NCBI GenBank assembly: GCA_035457005.1
Contig: DATICB010000001.1
Location: 3,246 to 67,245 of the forward strand
Source of the DNA: Patescibacteria group bacterium
GTDB lineage: Bacteria > Patescibacteriota > Microgenomatia > Levybacterales > UBA12049
Length of the DNA stretch: 64,000 bases
Direction: 5' to 3'
Of the stretch, positions 54,980 to 64,000 are shown one piece after another (within the stretch, counting starts at the first letter, position 1; each line of letters begins with the position of its first letter). The notes beneath the pieces are model-generated. The model made no database searches, had not been told where the DNA came from, and saw only the letters and a list, made by a program, of their open reading frames with translations. The translations under genes were made by a program, and so were the position numbers.

Positions 54980-55657
54980 ATGGTCGAAGATAAAGAAGAG
55001 AAAAAAATATCTGGAGAGTTGGGGAGTCTGATTAGTCAGGATAGAGTCTTAAGTTTTTCAGATGCTGTTTTTGCATTTGCTGCAACACTTCTTGTTTTAA
55101 AAATAGACTTACCCCAAATTGTACGGTCGCAAATTAGCACACAATTTTTTGCTGCTTTTGTCACACTTTGGCCGCAATATTTGGCAAACATTATTAGTTT
55201 TTTGGTTATTGGGTATTATTGGCTTAATCATCATGCCATTTTTGGAATGGTTAAAAAATATAACACAACTCTTGTTTGGTTAAATTTACTCTTTCTTATT
55301 TTTCTCTCTTTCTTGCCGTTTCCGGTTGATTTATATGGTGATTTTCTTACAACACCAATTGTTGTTGTTTTTTACAGCGCAAGTTTGGCAGTTGTTGGAC
55401 TCCTTCTATTTCTTATTTGGTGGTATGCAAGCAGAAATCATAATTTAATTAATGAAAAAATGTCTACACATGAAATAACATATTACAGTGCTCGAATGCT
55501 TTTAGCACCAATTATCTTTACGTTTTCTATTCCGCTTGTGTATATTCATCCAGCACTCACGCAAGTATCGTGGGTATTTATTTTAATTGGTATTGTTGCG
55601 TTGAATAGAATTTTTAAGAGAAAAAAACTTTCCGAAGTGGAGAAAGTCTCCTTGTAA
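54980..55657 (+). CDS. TMEM175 family potassium channel
   Basis: RVLSFSDAVFAFAATLLVL, YWLNHH. Confidence 0.9.
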   Translation: MVEDKEEKKISGELGSLISQDRVLSFSDAVFAFAATLLVLKIDLPQIVRSQISTQFFAAFVTLWPQYLANIISFLVIGYYWLNHHAIFGMVKKYNTTLVWLNLLFLIFLSFLPFPVDLYGDFLTTPIVVVFYSASLAVVGLLLFLIWWYASRNHNLINEKMSTHEITYYSARMLLAPIIFTFSIPLVYIHPALTQVSWVFILIGIVALNRIFKRKKLSEVEKVSL

Positions 55658-55658
55658 T

Positions 55659-56516
55659 ATGGTAGCTAGTGCTCTTTTTCTTTCCCTTTTTGCAACAATT
55701 TGTTTTGGAGCAGCAACGTTTCTTTCCTCAAAAAGTGCAAAAGACATGGGAAGTTTGCAAACACTCTTTTTCTTTCAACTTCTTGGGCTTCCCGCTGATT
55801 TATTGTTGCTGCCATTTGCACCACGTACTGTTCACATTGATTTACTACCGATTATTCTTGTCGGTTTGTATATGACAGTAAGTATGCTCGTGTGGTTTTA
55901 TGCACTGAAAGTTGGCAACGTATCTATTGTCTCTCCTGCAACAGAATCGTATTCGCTTTTGAGTGTTTTACTGGGAATTTTTTTCCTTCATGAATCAGTA
56001 GGAATACTAAAAGGGATTGGAATTATTTTGATATTTGTTGGCGTTTTGTGTATCGGGCTTAATTTTTCATCACTTAAAAAAAGCAAAAGAGTGGAGTTTT
56101 ATACGGGCATACCGCTTGCTTTCTTGTATGCAATACTTTTGGCAGTGTTTTATCTTTTTACAACATTTCTTGCCAGAACAGACGGGTGGTTTGTAACTGC
56201 ATTTGGACTTCGTGTTGTTATTATTATTGGATCTTTTGTTTTGCTTATCCTTCAGGGGAAAAGTTTTAAACAAATTTTTTCACATGTTCCATGGGCATGG
56301 ATAGGTGCTGCTGGATTTTTAGATGGACTGGGATTTTCTATTTTTACTTTAGCACTCACTTTTTCTCAGGTATCTTATGTTGCTGTTATTGCATCAACAC
56401 AATCACTTGTAACAGTATTTCTTGCTTATTTCTTTTATAAAGAACGACTAAAATTGTATCAAATAGTTGGTCTCGTTGGTGTAATCGTGGGGCTTATCTT
56501 CTTGCAGCTGCATTAA
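55659..56516 (+). CDS. EamA/DMT family transporter
   Basis: About 10 TM in two repeats ending FFLHE and FYKERL. Confidence 0.88.
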   Translation: MVASALFLSLFATICFGAATFLSSKSAKDMGSLQTLFFFQLLGLPADLLLLPFAPRTVHIDLLPIILVGLYMTVSMLVWFYALKVGNVSIVSPATESYSLLSVLLGIFFLHESVGILKGIGIILIFVGVLCIGLNFSSLKKSKRVEFYTGIPLAFLYAILLAVFYLFTTFLARTDGWFVTAFGLRVVIIIGSFVLLILQGKSFKQIFSHVPWAWIGAAGFLDGLGFSIFTLALTFSQVSYVAVIASTQSLVTVFLAYFFYKERLKLYQIVGLVGVIVGLIFLQLH

Positions 56517-56941
56517 TTGCAGGTGCCATTGTAAAGTTTGCTGTCATCGCAAATTTTTCCGTTGGGGAGGGTGCATGTGGCATTTTTTATTGCAAACGTT
56601 TTGCCGCCAAGCCACGCACAATACTTTTGTTCAATGTTATCAAAGCCGGTTGTCTTGACTCCACCAACAGGGCAGTCGCCCCGGAAAAGCGCCCATTCTT
56701 CACATTGCATGTTGTCGCCAAAATCACAAAGACCATACTCATTGCCGTTGGGAAGTTTTTTAATAGAAAGTGTCCCGCCAACTTGAGAGCAATTAACTGA
56801 TGCTGGATTTGCAAGTGTTGTTGTTGGAGTTGGCACTACACGGGAAATGGTTGGAGCATAGACTGTGTGCCAAGTGACGAGCAAAAATCCCATGACTACA
56901 ATACCAGCAAGAAAGACAATAACAATAATTACTTTAGTCAT
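56513..56941 (-). CDS. DUF333 (putative hemolysin) domain protein
   Basis: LANPASVNC...GG...CEEWALFRG. Confidence 0.88.
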   Translation of the reverse strand: MTKVIIVIVFLAGIVVMGFLLVTWHTVYAPTISRVVPTPTTTLANPASVNCSQVGGTLSIKKLPNGNEYGLCDFGDNMQCEEWALFRGDCPVGGVKTTGFDNIEQKYCAWLGGKTFAIKNATCTLPNGKICDDSKLYNGTCN

Positions 56942-56946
56942 ATTTT

Positions 56947-57465
56947 TTACCAGGCACTACTGGCAAAGACAGTGACATCTATTTTACAGGGACAAGAAAA
57001 TTGAAGAGGCTCATTTGAATTACTGCTTGAAGGTTGGGTTTTGTATGAAAAAAGGAGGAGTTGTTTTTTACCATCGTTGTCTTTAAGATACCCCCAGCTC
57101 GATGCTCCTGGTCCATCTGCTTCTAAATTGGTATCTGGTAAAAATTTACTGGTTGCTAAGCTATTTACATCTTCAAAATGTCCAAGCATTGGCTTGTCAC
57201 TCGTTATCTGTGCATGGATACTGAGTCCTGAAAGTGTGCCATAAAAAGTTGTTTGCGTATCTTTTGCAGGATGAGACCATGGTGCAGATGGGTACCAAAC
57301 AGCAGCGTCGACAAGTAAATTATATTCATATGTGTTGGTAAGAGGAGAGGGGAAAGGCACTGTGTGATTTAGGAAAAGTTTGTATCCTGCAAGCAAAACA
57401 ATAACAAGAAAGCATATAAAAAGAGAAAGTAAAAAATTGGAGAAATAAAATTTCTGTTTTGCCAT
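56947..57465 (-). CDS. Membrane-anchored hypothetical protein
   Basis: N-terminal TM, 172 aa. Confidence 0.7.
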   Translation of the reverse strand: MAKQKFYFSNFLLSLFICFLVIVLLAGYKLFLNHTVPFPSPLTNTYEYNLLVDAAVWYPSAPWSHPAKDTQTTFYGTLSGLSIHAQITSDKPMLGHFEDVNSLATSKFLPDTNLEADGPGASSWGYLKDNDGKKQLLLFSYKTQPSSSNSNEPLQFSCPCKIDVTVFASSAW

Positions 57466-57543
57466 ATATATAGTATGAAATAGTTTGCGGTTTGTTGCAA
57501 GGTATATCTTGATTCATGTCCACAAACGTGAAATAGTTAAGGA

Positions 57544-58128
57544 ATGAGGTGGTATTTTGTCTTCTTCGGTCTTGTAAATTTTATTGCACTTTTTGTTGCA
57601 TTTATTTTATCCCTCAATGTCATTGCTGACTACTTTAGCTATTTTACTGTACTGAGCAATATTCTGGTTACGGGAATTTTTCTGACTATTGGACTATTTG
57701 GATTTAAAAAAATGAAAAAGAGTAGATTTATCTCTATCTTTTATGGCGCGTCTGTTTTATATATGGGCATAACTGGCATTGTCTATTGGACTATTTTGCA
57801 CGGAGGCAAGCAGCTAACAACCGATGTTGAATGGATTACGTTGGTGTTGCATGGACTTATGCCAATTGCTGTTGTTGTAGGATGGATACTAATTTCCAAA
57901 CACTACACGTGGAAGCATATTTTGTCCTGGCTTTTATTCCCATTTTTCTTTGTTATCTATACGCTGATTCGTGGATTTTTTGTCCACTGGTATCCATACC
58001 CATTTCTTAATCCTTCACTTGTTGGATACGAAGGGGTTGTTATCTGGACTTTTGGTATCCTGACAGGAAGTTTTTTTGTAGGACTTTTTCTTTTACTTCT
58101 TGGAAAAGTTTCATGGAAGCACTTGTAA
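57544..58128 (+). CDS. Pr6Pr/FAR-17a-like membrane protein
   Basis: FSYFTVLSN, LH..MP, WYPYPFLN. Confidence 0.85.
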   Translation: MRWYFVFFGLVNFIALFVAFILSLNVIADYFSYFTVLSNILVTGIFLTIGLFGFKKMKKSRFISIFYGASVLYMGITGIVYWTILHGGKQLTTDVEWITLVLHGLMPIAVVVGWILISKHYTWKHILSWLLFPFFFVIYTLIRGFFVHWYPYPFLNPSLVGYEGVVIWTFGILTGSFFVGLFLLLLGKVSWKHL

Positions 58129-58366
58129 AATAATTTTTCTCATCTTTTGAATACGTGTACTTTTTTACCCGCAGTTGTATACTGAAGATATTGTATCTGT
58201 ACTGTTTGGAAAAATACAAAAATAAACAGAGAAAACAAAACATTAAAAAACGGCTTCAGAATGAGTTGAATGTGTATGACGTAAATAAATTTATCAATTG
58301 GTGCTTTACTTGTTGTGGTGGATAGTAATAAAAGAGCGATATGTATTTTTGTTACAATAATATGAA

Positions 58367-59869
58367 ATGAATAAATATTTTTTTTCAATAAAAATTGTAA
58401 CATTTTTTTTACTTTTTGTAAGTTTGGTCTCAAGCGGATGGGAACCTTTTTTCTTGCATGGCCCACACTTGGTGAAAGTGTATGCTACAGCCCCACTTCC
58501 TGCATATCGTGCGACTGGTGCGTTTACTGCCGGAACAGGCGCCATAACACCCCCTTTTCCCGCAGGTATGCAGGCAGATGACGTATGCTTGCTTGCTGCC
58601 AGTTCAGAAAATCAAGCAATTACACTTTCCAGTGCTCAAGGTTTTGCAGAGGTTCCGACATGGTCTCCCCAAAGTGCAGGTACCGCCGCGACCGATCCAG
58701 GATCACGTTTGGCTCTTTTTTGGAAACGAACCGTTGGTGGAGATACTGCGCCAACGGTTGCAGATTCGGGAAATAATACAGAAGGAGTGATTCATTGTTT
58801 TTCTGGGGTAGTGAACACAGGGAATCCATGGGATACAGGTGCAGGTGGCAATGATAGTGCTGCTAATGATACAACAGGTACTATCCCGGGCGCTACGACC
58901 ACAACAGACAACGATTTAGTGGTCTTGGTTATATCAACAAGTAACAATCTAACTGCATCAACAAATTGTTCTGGCTGGGCGAATGCAAATTTGGCCGCCA
59001 TTACAGAAAGACAGGATAATAGCAATACCGTAGGTCTTGGTGGTGGGTCTTGCATGGCAACGGGAACAAAAGCTACAGCGGGTTCGTACACAACAACTAC
59101 GGTAACTATGTCGGCAACAACATTCAAGGGCGCAATATCCTTGGCTCTTAAGCCACCACAGCTGTCAACCGTTACGACACAAGCTGCGTCAAGCATAAAG
59201 GACACAACAGCAATAGCAAATGGCACTATTACGGCAACAGGTGGAGGAAATGCTGACGAGGAAGGCTTTGTCTATGACGCGACGTCACACAGTTTGCCAG
59301 GAAACGTTGCTCCAGGGTCTTCTGGGTATGCTAGCTCGGCACAAAACATAGGGAGCTTTGGTGCCGGTGCGTTTACGACAAGCTTGACTGGATTGAGTGG
59401 CGCAACGACTTATTTCGGCAGAGCTTATGCGCACAACTCAGCGGGATATAGCTACGGTGGGGAGGTCAGCTTTACAACCGGTATAATTTCTGTTTCGGTT
59501 TCAGACGGAGTTATAGCATATGGACTTATTGCGCAAAACGTATCGAAAGACACCACTGCAAGCGGATTAAATGACACGCAAACAGCAACCAACAATGGGA
59601 ATATTGCAGAAGACTTTAATATTAAGGGACAAGACAGCTCTTGTCCATGGACACTTGCTTCAAGTACAGCTACGGACCAATATAAGCATGAATTTTCGAT
59701 AAATAGTGGAAGTAATTGGACTGCGCTTACAACAAATTATCAGTCTTTAGCAAGTAACATTGCATCGAATGGGACACAAACATTTGACTTACGTCTGACA
59801 ACCCCAACAGGGACAAGCTGTTTTACACAACAATCAGTAGATGTAACTATTCAAGCAGTCGCTCATTAA
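58367..59869 (+). CDS. Exported adhesin-like protein: beta domain, FN3-like domain, C-terminal subunit-like domain
   Basis: LTGL...TTYFGRAYAHNSAG FN3 pattern; last ~128 aa paralogous to 60532 protein. Confidence 0.8.
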   Translation: MNKYFFSIKIVTFFLLFVSLVSSGWEPFFLHGPHLVKVYATAPLPAYRATGAFTAGTGAITPPFPAGMQADDVCLLAASSENQAITLSSAQGFAEVPTWSPQSAGTAATDPGSRLALFWKRTVGGDTAPTVADSGNNTEGVIHCFSGVVNTGNPWDTGAGGNDSAANDTTGTIPGATTTTDNDLVVLVISTSNNLTASTNCSGWANANLAAITERQDNSNTVGLGGGSCMATGTKATAGSYTTTTVTMSATTFKGAISLALKPPQLSTVTTQAASSIKDTTAIANGTITATGGGNADEEGFVYDATSHSLPGNVAPGSSGYASSAQNIGSFGAGAFTTSLTGLSGATTYFGRAYAHNSAGYSYGGEVSFTTGIISVSVSDGVIAYGLIAQNVSKDTTASGLNDTQTATNNGNIAEDFNIKGQDSSCPWTLASSTATDQYKHEFSINSGSNWTALTTNYQSLASNIASNGTQTFDLRLTTPTGTSCFTQQSVDVTIQAVAH

Positions 59870-59875
59870 AAAAAG

Positions 59876-60499
59876 ATGGCAAAAAATTTTCTTCAAACAT
59901 TTTTTATAGAAAACGGTACAAAGGAAATTGTTGCAAAAGGCGAGATGATAATCCGCATTGAAAAATCTCCACAGAGCATTTTTTTTATTGAAAAAGGACA
60001 TGTGGGGGCATATATTGGTCAAGAAAATCAACTGCAAGCAATTTATCGAAAAGGGGATATGTTTCCTTTCTCTCACCATGTTATGTATTCCAGTGTCTAC
60101 TATGCAATGACGGAGACGATTTTGCGCATACTGCCATCAAAGCGCCTATATAATCTTGTCGAAAAAGATAATCGGATAGCGCGGGATTTGGTACACGTAT
60201 TAATTGAAAGAGCCGATCTTTTGAAAGACCGGCTTACTATTGTCACTACACGTACAACATATTTTCGTGTTATTCAATGGATTTTATTTGCAGGTATGCA
60301 CTTTGGAAAACAAAAAAGAAAAGTTTTGGAAATATCTCTTATTGCTACACAACAGGAATTGGCAAATGCACTTGCAACAACACGCGAGACAATTAACAGA
60401 ATATTTTCCAAACTCGAAAAAAAGGGTCTTATCCGCACAGACCAGGAAGTATTGCGAATTCCATCAATAAAAAATTTACAAAAAGAAATTTCCTCTTGA
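59876..60499 (+). CDS. Crp/Fnr family regulator
   Basis: FFIEKGHV, GDMF, TQQELA...TTRETINR HTH. Confidence 0.9.
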   Translation: MAKNFLQTFFIENGTKEIVAKGEMIIRIEKSPQSIFFIEKGHVGAYIGQENQLQAIYRKGDMFPFSHHVMYSSVYYAMTETILRILPSKRLYNLVEKDNRIARDLVHVLIERADLLKDRLTIVTTRTTYFRVIQWILFAGMHFGKQKRKVLEISLIATQQELANALATTRETINRIFSKLEKKGLIRTDQEVLRIPSIKNLQKEISS

Positions 60500-60506
60500 C
60501 AAGACA

Positions 60507-60522
60507 TGTGATATATATCACT
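60507..60522. promoter_or_regulatory. CRP-type box TGTGA-N6-TCACT
   Basis: 9/10 match to TGTGA-N6-TCACA, just downstream of TTGACA 60496. Confidence 0.7.
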
Positions 60523-60531
60523 ATAAATTAT

Positions 60532-61029
60532 ATGAGATTTCTTTTCATTGTTTTTTCTATTGTCGTTGTGTCGCTATTTGGTTTTGTCTCTTTTGCGCAA
60601 GCAGCAACAACGGCATCGGTTGCAGCAACAGTTACTGTTCAAAATATTTCCGTGAGTGTTTCGGATGGATCGGTAACATATGGTACATTAGGGGTTAATT
60701 CATCTGCTGGAACAAATGGATCAGACACTCAAACAGCAACCAACAATGGTAATGTTGCAGAAGACTTAAATATTAAAGGACAAAATAGCGCAACATGGAC
60801 ACTCGCAAATTCTGCAGCATCAGATGCCTACGTCCATCAGTTTTGTGTTGCAACCTGCGGGTCAGCACCAACAAATTACACAAAACTAACAACTGCATAC
60901 CAAGCACTTGCGACGAATATCGCATCCAATGGAACACAAACATTTGATTTATATATTACGACTCCAACATCGTCCTCGAGCTTTACGCAACAATCTGTTG
61001 ACGTAACTGTGCAAGCAGTTATACACTAA
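60532..61029 (+). CDS. Secreted small beta-sandwich protein, candidate major fibre subunit
   Basis: Signal peptide ending AQA; Thr/Ser/Asn-rich all-beta pattern. Confidence 0.8.
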   Translation: MRFLFIVFSIVVVSLFGFVSFAQAATTASVAATVTVQNISVSVSDGSVTYGTLGVNSSAGTNGSDTQTATNNGNVAEDLNIKGQNSATWTLANSAASDAYVHQFCVATCGSAPTNYTKLTTAYQALATNIASNGTQTFDLYITTPTSSSSFTQQSVDVTVQAVIH

Positions 61030-61071
61030 ATCCCTTGCGATAGGATTTGCAATCCTGTATGATCTAGCCAA

Positions 61072-61686
61072 ATGAAGAAATTCCTCTTTTTATTATTATC
61101 TCTTGCACTTTTTCTTCCCGCGTCAGCATTTGCACGAATTGGCGTCGGCGTTGGTATTGGAAAAATTGTTGTTAATCAACAGTTGCGTCCAGGAATTATT
61201 TATGACTTACCTCCACTAACCGTTATTAACACAGGAGACACAACAACAAATTATCAAGTTGCAGTAACATTTAATCAAAGACAGGCGCAAAAATTTCCAA
61301 AAGCAGATTGGTTTATTTTTTCACCAGATAAATTTCAGCTAGCTCCCGGAAAAGTACAGCGAGTCGATGTAAAAGTAAATTTGCCGCTTATGATGGAGCC
61401 AGGGGATTATTTTGCATATTTAGAAGCACATCCTTTGGCTGTTGATAAAAATGGTGCAACAACAATTAATATTGCTGCTGCTGCAAAATTATACTTTACT
61501 GTTGTTCCGGCAAATATTTTCCAGGCAATGTATTACAAAACAAGCTCGTTTTGGGAACTTTACCAACCATGGACAACTGTTGTTGCAATCCTTTTTGTCT
61601 TTGTTGTTGTCGGGGTGTTACTAAAGAAATATGTTCATATTGAAATCAATATGAAACAAAAATCAACACCACCGCGCAATGAATGA
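61072..61686 (+). CDS. Exported Ig-fold protein (PapD/DUF916-like) with C-terminal TM
   Basis: Signal ending AFA; VINTGD, FSPDKFQLAPG...V.V, PGDY; TM near C-terminus. Confidence 0.7.
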   Translation: MKKFLFLLLSLALFLPASAFARIGVGVGIGKIVVNQQLRPGIIYDLPPLTVINTGDTTTNYQVAVTFNQRQAQKFPKADWFIFSPDKFQLAPGKVQRVDVKVNLPLMMEPGDYFAYLEAHPLAVDKNGATTINIAAAAKLYFTVVPANIFQAMYYKTSSFWELYQPWTTVVAILFVFVVVGVLLKKYVHIEINMKQKSTPPRNE

Positions 61687-62324
61687 AATATCTAGCAATT
61701 CTTTTTTCCGTGGCAGGATTATTATTAGTGCATAGACTTGTGTATGCATCGACTTCGTCATCGATTAACGCTACTATTAAATTAAGCGTCTGTGGTAATT
61801 TGGTCGCAGAAGGTGGGGAAGACTGTGATAATTCCGATTTAAAAGGAAAAAGTTGTACAGATTTAGGATATGGTGGAGGGAATTTGTCTTGTGATATAAG
61901 TTGCAGTTATAACACGAGTGGCTGCATTGCAGCAACACCTACGCCAACACCGACTCCCACGCCAACCCCAAGTGTTACACCTACACCAACGCCAGGTGCA
62001 CAAACAAGTTCAACAAGTGACGTTACGACAACGCCAACCAATGCACCAACAAATACGATAGTCTTTCCAACAATTCGTGCAAATGTGCAATCATTTTTCC
62101 CCAAGGCGCTGCAAGCGTTTGTTGGAGACAATGGTACAATAGCAGTAGTACAGCTCCATGCCGTATTGACACAATGGGTCAGTGGGTGGAAGAATTTTAT
62201 TCAGACCCAGCAAGACAGTCCGCAAAAAGGTGCTGCGATTGCAGCATCATCATGTGATGTTAATCAGGATGGGATTTGTGACATTTTGGATTTGTCGGTA
62301 TTACTATTTCACGTAACACAATGA
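61683..62324 (+). CDS. Secreted protein: Cys-rich module, PT linker, dockerin-like C-terminus
   Basis: CGN..EGGEDCD; (PT)n; CDVNQDGICDILDLSVLL. Confidence 0.78.
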   Translation: MKYLAILFSVAGLLLVHRLVYASTSSSINATIKLSVCGNLVAEGGEDCDNSDLKGKSCTDLGYGGGNLSCDISCSYNTSGCIAATPTPTPTPTPTPSVTPTPTPGAQTSSTSDVTTTPTNAPTNTIVFPTIRANVQSFFPKALQAFVGDNGTIAVVQLHAVLTQWVSGWKNFIQTQQDSPQKGAAIAASSCDVNQDGICDILDLSVLLFHVTQ

Positions 62325-63328
62325 ATATATTAATATCCAGAACGCAAATTATTTTATATATTGCAATTTTTGCCGTTTCGTCATGGATTTTAATTCATGT
62401 CCTTAGTCTTCTTGGCGTTTTCTTAGCTCTGGCGTATCCTATTTGGTGGTTTTTTGCACCAAGACAAACAGTATGTCTTTTTTGTAGATCACGGGCAAAT
62501 GGTCAGATATGTCCACTGTGTCATCGAGTTATTTCCAAAACAGACAGTATGTCTCCCAAAACATTCTTCTCCGCACTTTTTAATGGTGGCATACTTTTTG
62601 CATTTTCTCTTGTGAGTATTGCGATTGTTGTTGTAGAAAGTCAATTTCTACATTTCTTAGGATTTCCACCAGCAAAAGCATCTGTCTCTTTTACTATTCC
62701 AACAGCAAATACGTATCGATTAGGTGAAATATTTCCTATGAAGTTGGCAATAAGCGGTGTAGATGTTCCAGTGAACACAGTCCAGGCAGATATTGCATAT
62801 GATCCACAAAAACTAGAAATTGTGAATATCTCAACAGAAAATTCTTTCGCAACCATTTTTATCCAAAAAGAAATTAATAATACTGTTGGATATGCACGAC
62901 TTACCGGTGGTCTTCCTAATCCCGGATTTTCGGGGAAAGATGGACTGTTTGGAACAGTGTACTTTAAAAGTAAACAGCCTGGCGTAACAGATGTGCGGTT
63001 TTTGCCAACAACTATGGTTTTGGCAAATGATGGGAAGGGAAGTGATGTCTTGAAAAATTTTGGGACTATTTCATACTTGGTCTTGCCAGAAAAAATATCT
63101 GATGCAGAGCAAGCGCAAGAAAATGGAAAAAATAACGTGCTTGGCGCAAGCACTAGTGGAACACAAATGATTTTCTACACAGACGAAGATGTTTTGGGAA
63201 GTAAAACAGCCGCGAAAGACAGTCTGCAGGTCAATTCATCCAAGCAATCCACTCCGGGATTTTTTGACGTTTTAGGATATGTGGACGGATTTATTGTTTC
63301 GGTTTGGCAAAAAGTACTGCATGTGTGA
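62321..63328 (+). CDS. Multi-TM protein with CxxC pair and cohesin-like domain
   Basis: CLFC...CPLC; VNTVQADIAYDPQKL...GLFGTVYF. Confidence 0.78.
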   Translation: MNILISRTQIILYIAIFAVSSWILIHVLSLLGVFLALAYPIWWFFAPRQTVCLFCRSRANGQICPLCHRVISKTDSMSPKTFFSALFNGGILFAFSLVSIAIVVVESQFLHFLGFPPAKASVSFTIPTANTYRLGEIFPMKLAISGVDVPVNTVQADIAYDPQKLEIVNISTENSFATIFIQKEINNTVGYARLTGGLPNPGFSGKDGLFGTVYFKSKQPGVTDVRFLPTTMVLANDGKGSDVLKNFGTISYLVLPEKISDAEQAQENGKNNVLGASTSGTQMIFYTDEDVLGSKTAAKDSLQVNSSKQSTPGFFDVLGYVDGFIVSVWQKVLHV

Positions 63329-63391
63329 TAGACCTAGTTTTATTTTTTATTTCCTAATCTCACTAGTTATTTGTAATGAGAAAAGCGAGAG

Positions 63392-63817
63392 TTATGCTTT
63401 TGGTTGTCTTGGAGCAGGTTGGAGCATGCCGACATGATTGCCTTCAGTGTCGACAAAACTAACATATTTGCCAATTCCGGGAATATCATCAACTGTTCCA
63501 GGTCCTTTTGATCCACCTAATATTTTTCCGCGTGCTTCTTCTACCTTTTTTATGGAAGCATCGATATTGTCCACAGAAATTACTAAATGAGGGACGTCAA
63601 ATCCTTCTTTGTCTTGAAAATCAAAAAATCCTCCATTAATGGTTCCGGGGGTTTTGACCATATTATTTTCATCAACCTCGGAAGTTCCGGCGAGTAAATA
63701 ATTGGACATATCCTGACCAAGCATGCTCATTTTCCAGTCAAATGCTTTGGAATAAAAATCCGAGACTCTTTTTTTATCTTTTGCAGGCATTTCGAAATGT
63801 ACAACAGGGTCTGACAT
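63392..63817 (-). CDS. VOC/glyoxalase family protein
   Basis: VVHFEM, FY..AFDW, FVDTEGN. Confidence 0.9.
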   Translation of the reverse strand: MSDPVVHFEMPAKDKKRVSDFYSKAFDWKMSMLGQDMSNYLLAGTSEVDENNMVKTPGTINGGFFDFQDKEGFDVPHLVISVDNIDASIKKVEEARGKILGGSKGPGTVDDIPGIGKYVSFVDTEGNHVGMLQPAPRQPKA

Positions 63818-63923
63818 GATTTAGTTATAGATTGTTTGTCATAAATAGTCAATCGCTTTCTTTCCTTACTTTATTTTCAGTAACTACTTTACGAATTTTT
63901 ACAATTAGTGCTATCATACATGT

Positions 63924-64000
63924 ATGAAGGCCGTACAAATTAATTCTTATGGCAAGCCGGATGTTATTAAAGTAAACAACGTAGACGTCCCAAAGCTTAC
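63924..64000 (+). CDS. Quinone/NADP-dependent oxidoreductase (MDR family), N-terminal fragment
   Basis: MKAVQINSYGKPDVIKV start; runs off the window. Confidence 0.65.
   Translation, partial: MKAVQINSYGKPDVIKVNNVDVPKL

Noticed and set aside
59483-61029. Duplicated sequence as a DGR template/variable repeat pair, with the four-helix protein as Avd
   Set aside because: Both copies are coding, differences are not adenine-specific and look mostly synonymous, and no reverse transcriptase is in the window
1-64000. Alternative genetic code (TGA as Gly) as in some CPR lineages
   Set aside because: Conserved genes are full length under code 11 and TGA terminates proS and nadD at expected positions

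Overview
Low-GC bacterial chromosome segment read with the standard genetic code. Gene style suggests a CPR/Patescibacteria (probably Microgenomates) genome; this is inferred, not confirmed. It carries housekeeping genes (dcd, thyA, folA, glyA, rpsB-tsf-frr-rseP, pgl-zwf-gnd, proS with T-box, rpsU-ybeY-dnaX-ybaB-prs-recR, nadD-nadE, cysS), tRNA-Cys and tRNA-Ile, a flavinylation module and many orphan small or membrane proteins. No rRNA, CRISPR array, integrase or transposase was seen. Most notable observations: (1) several palindromic repeat families lie between genes and also in frame inside thyA, folA, recR, nadD, nadE, gnd and dnaX, next to a GIY-YIG nuclease/tRNA-Ile cassette that splits a tRNA-like gene between 35-bp direct repeats; (2) a Crp-associated operon that looks like a donor-strand-type fibre (tip adhesin, major subunit, chaperone-like protein, strand-plus-dockerin anchor, membrane cohesin); (3) a purine salvage island with an ITPase-IMPDH-like fusion and phased TGTTC-N6-GAACA sites; (4) a four-helix-bundle gene flanked by inverted heptamer arrays, with similar gene-less arrays elsewhere; (5) a covarying double hairpin abutting Shine-Dalgarno sites in an apparently largely leaderless genome; (6) three tandem 4-Cys microproteins. 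All calls come from reading motifs by eye; no database searches were run.
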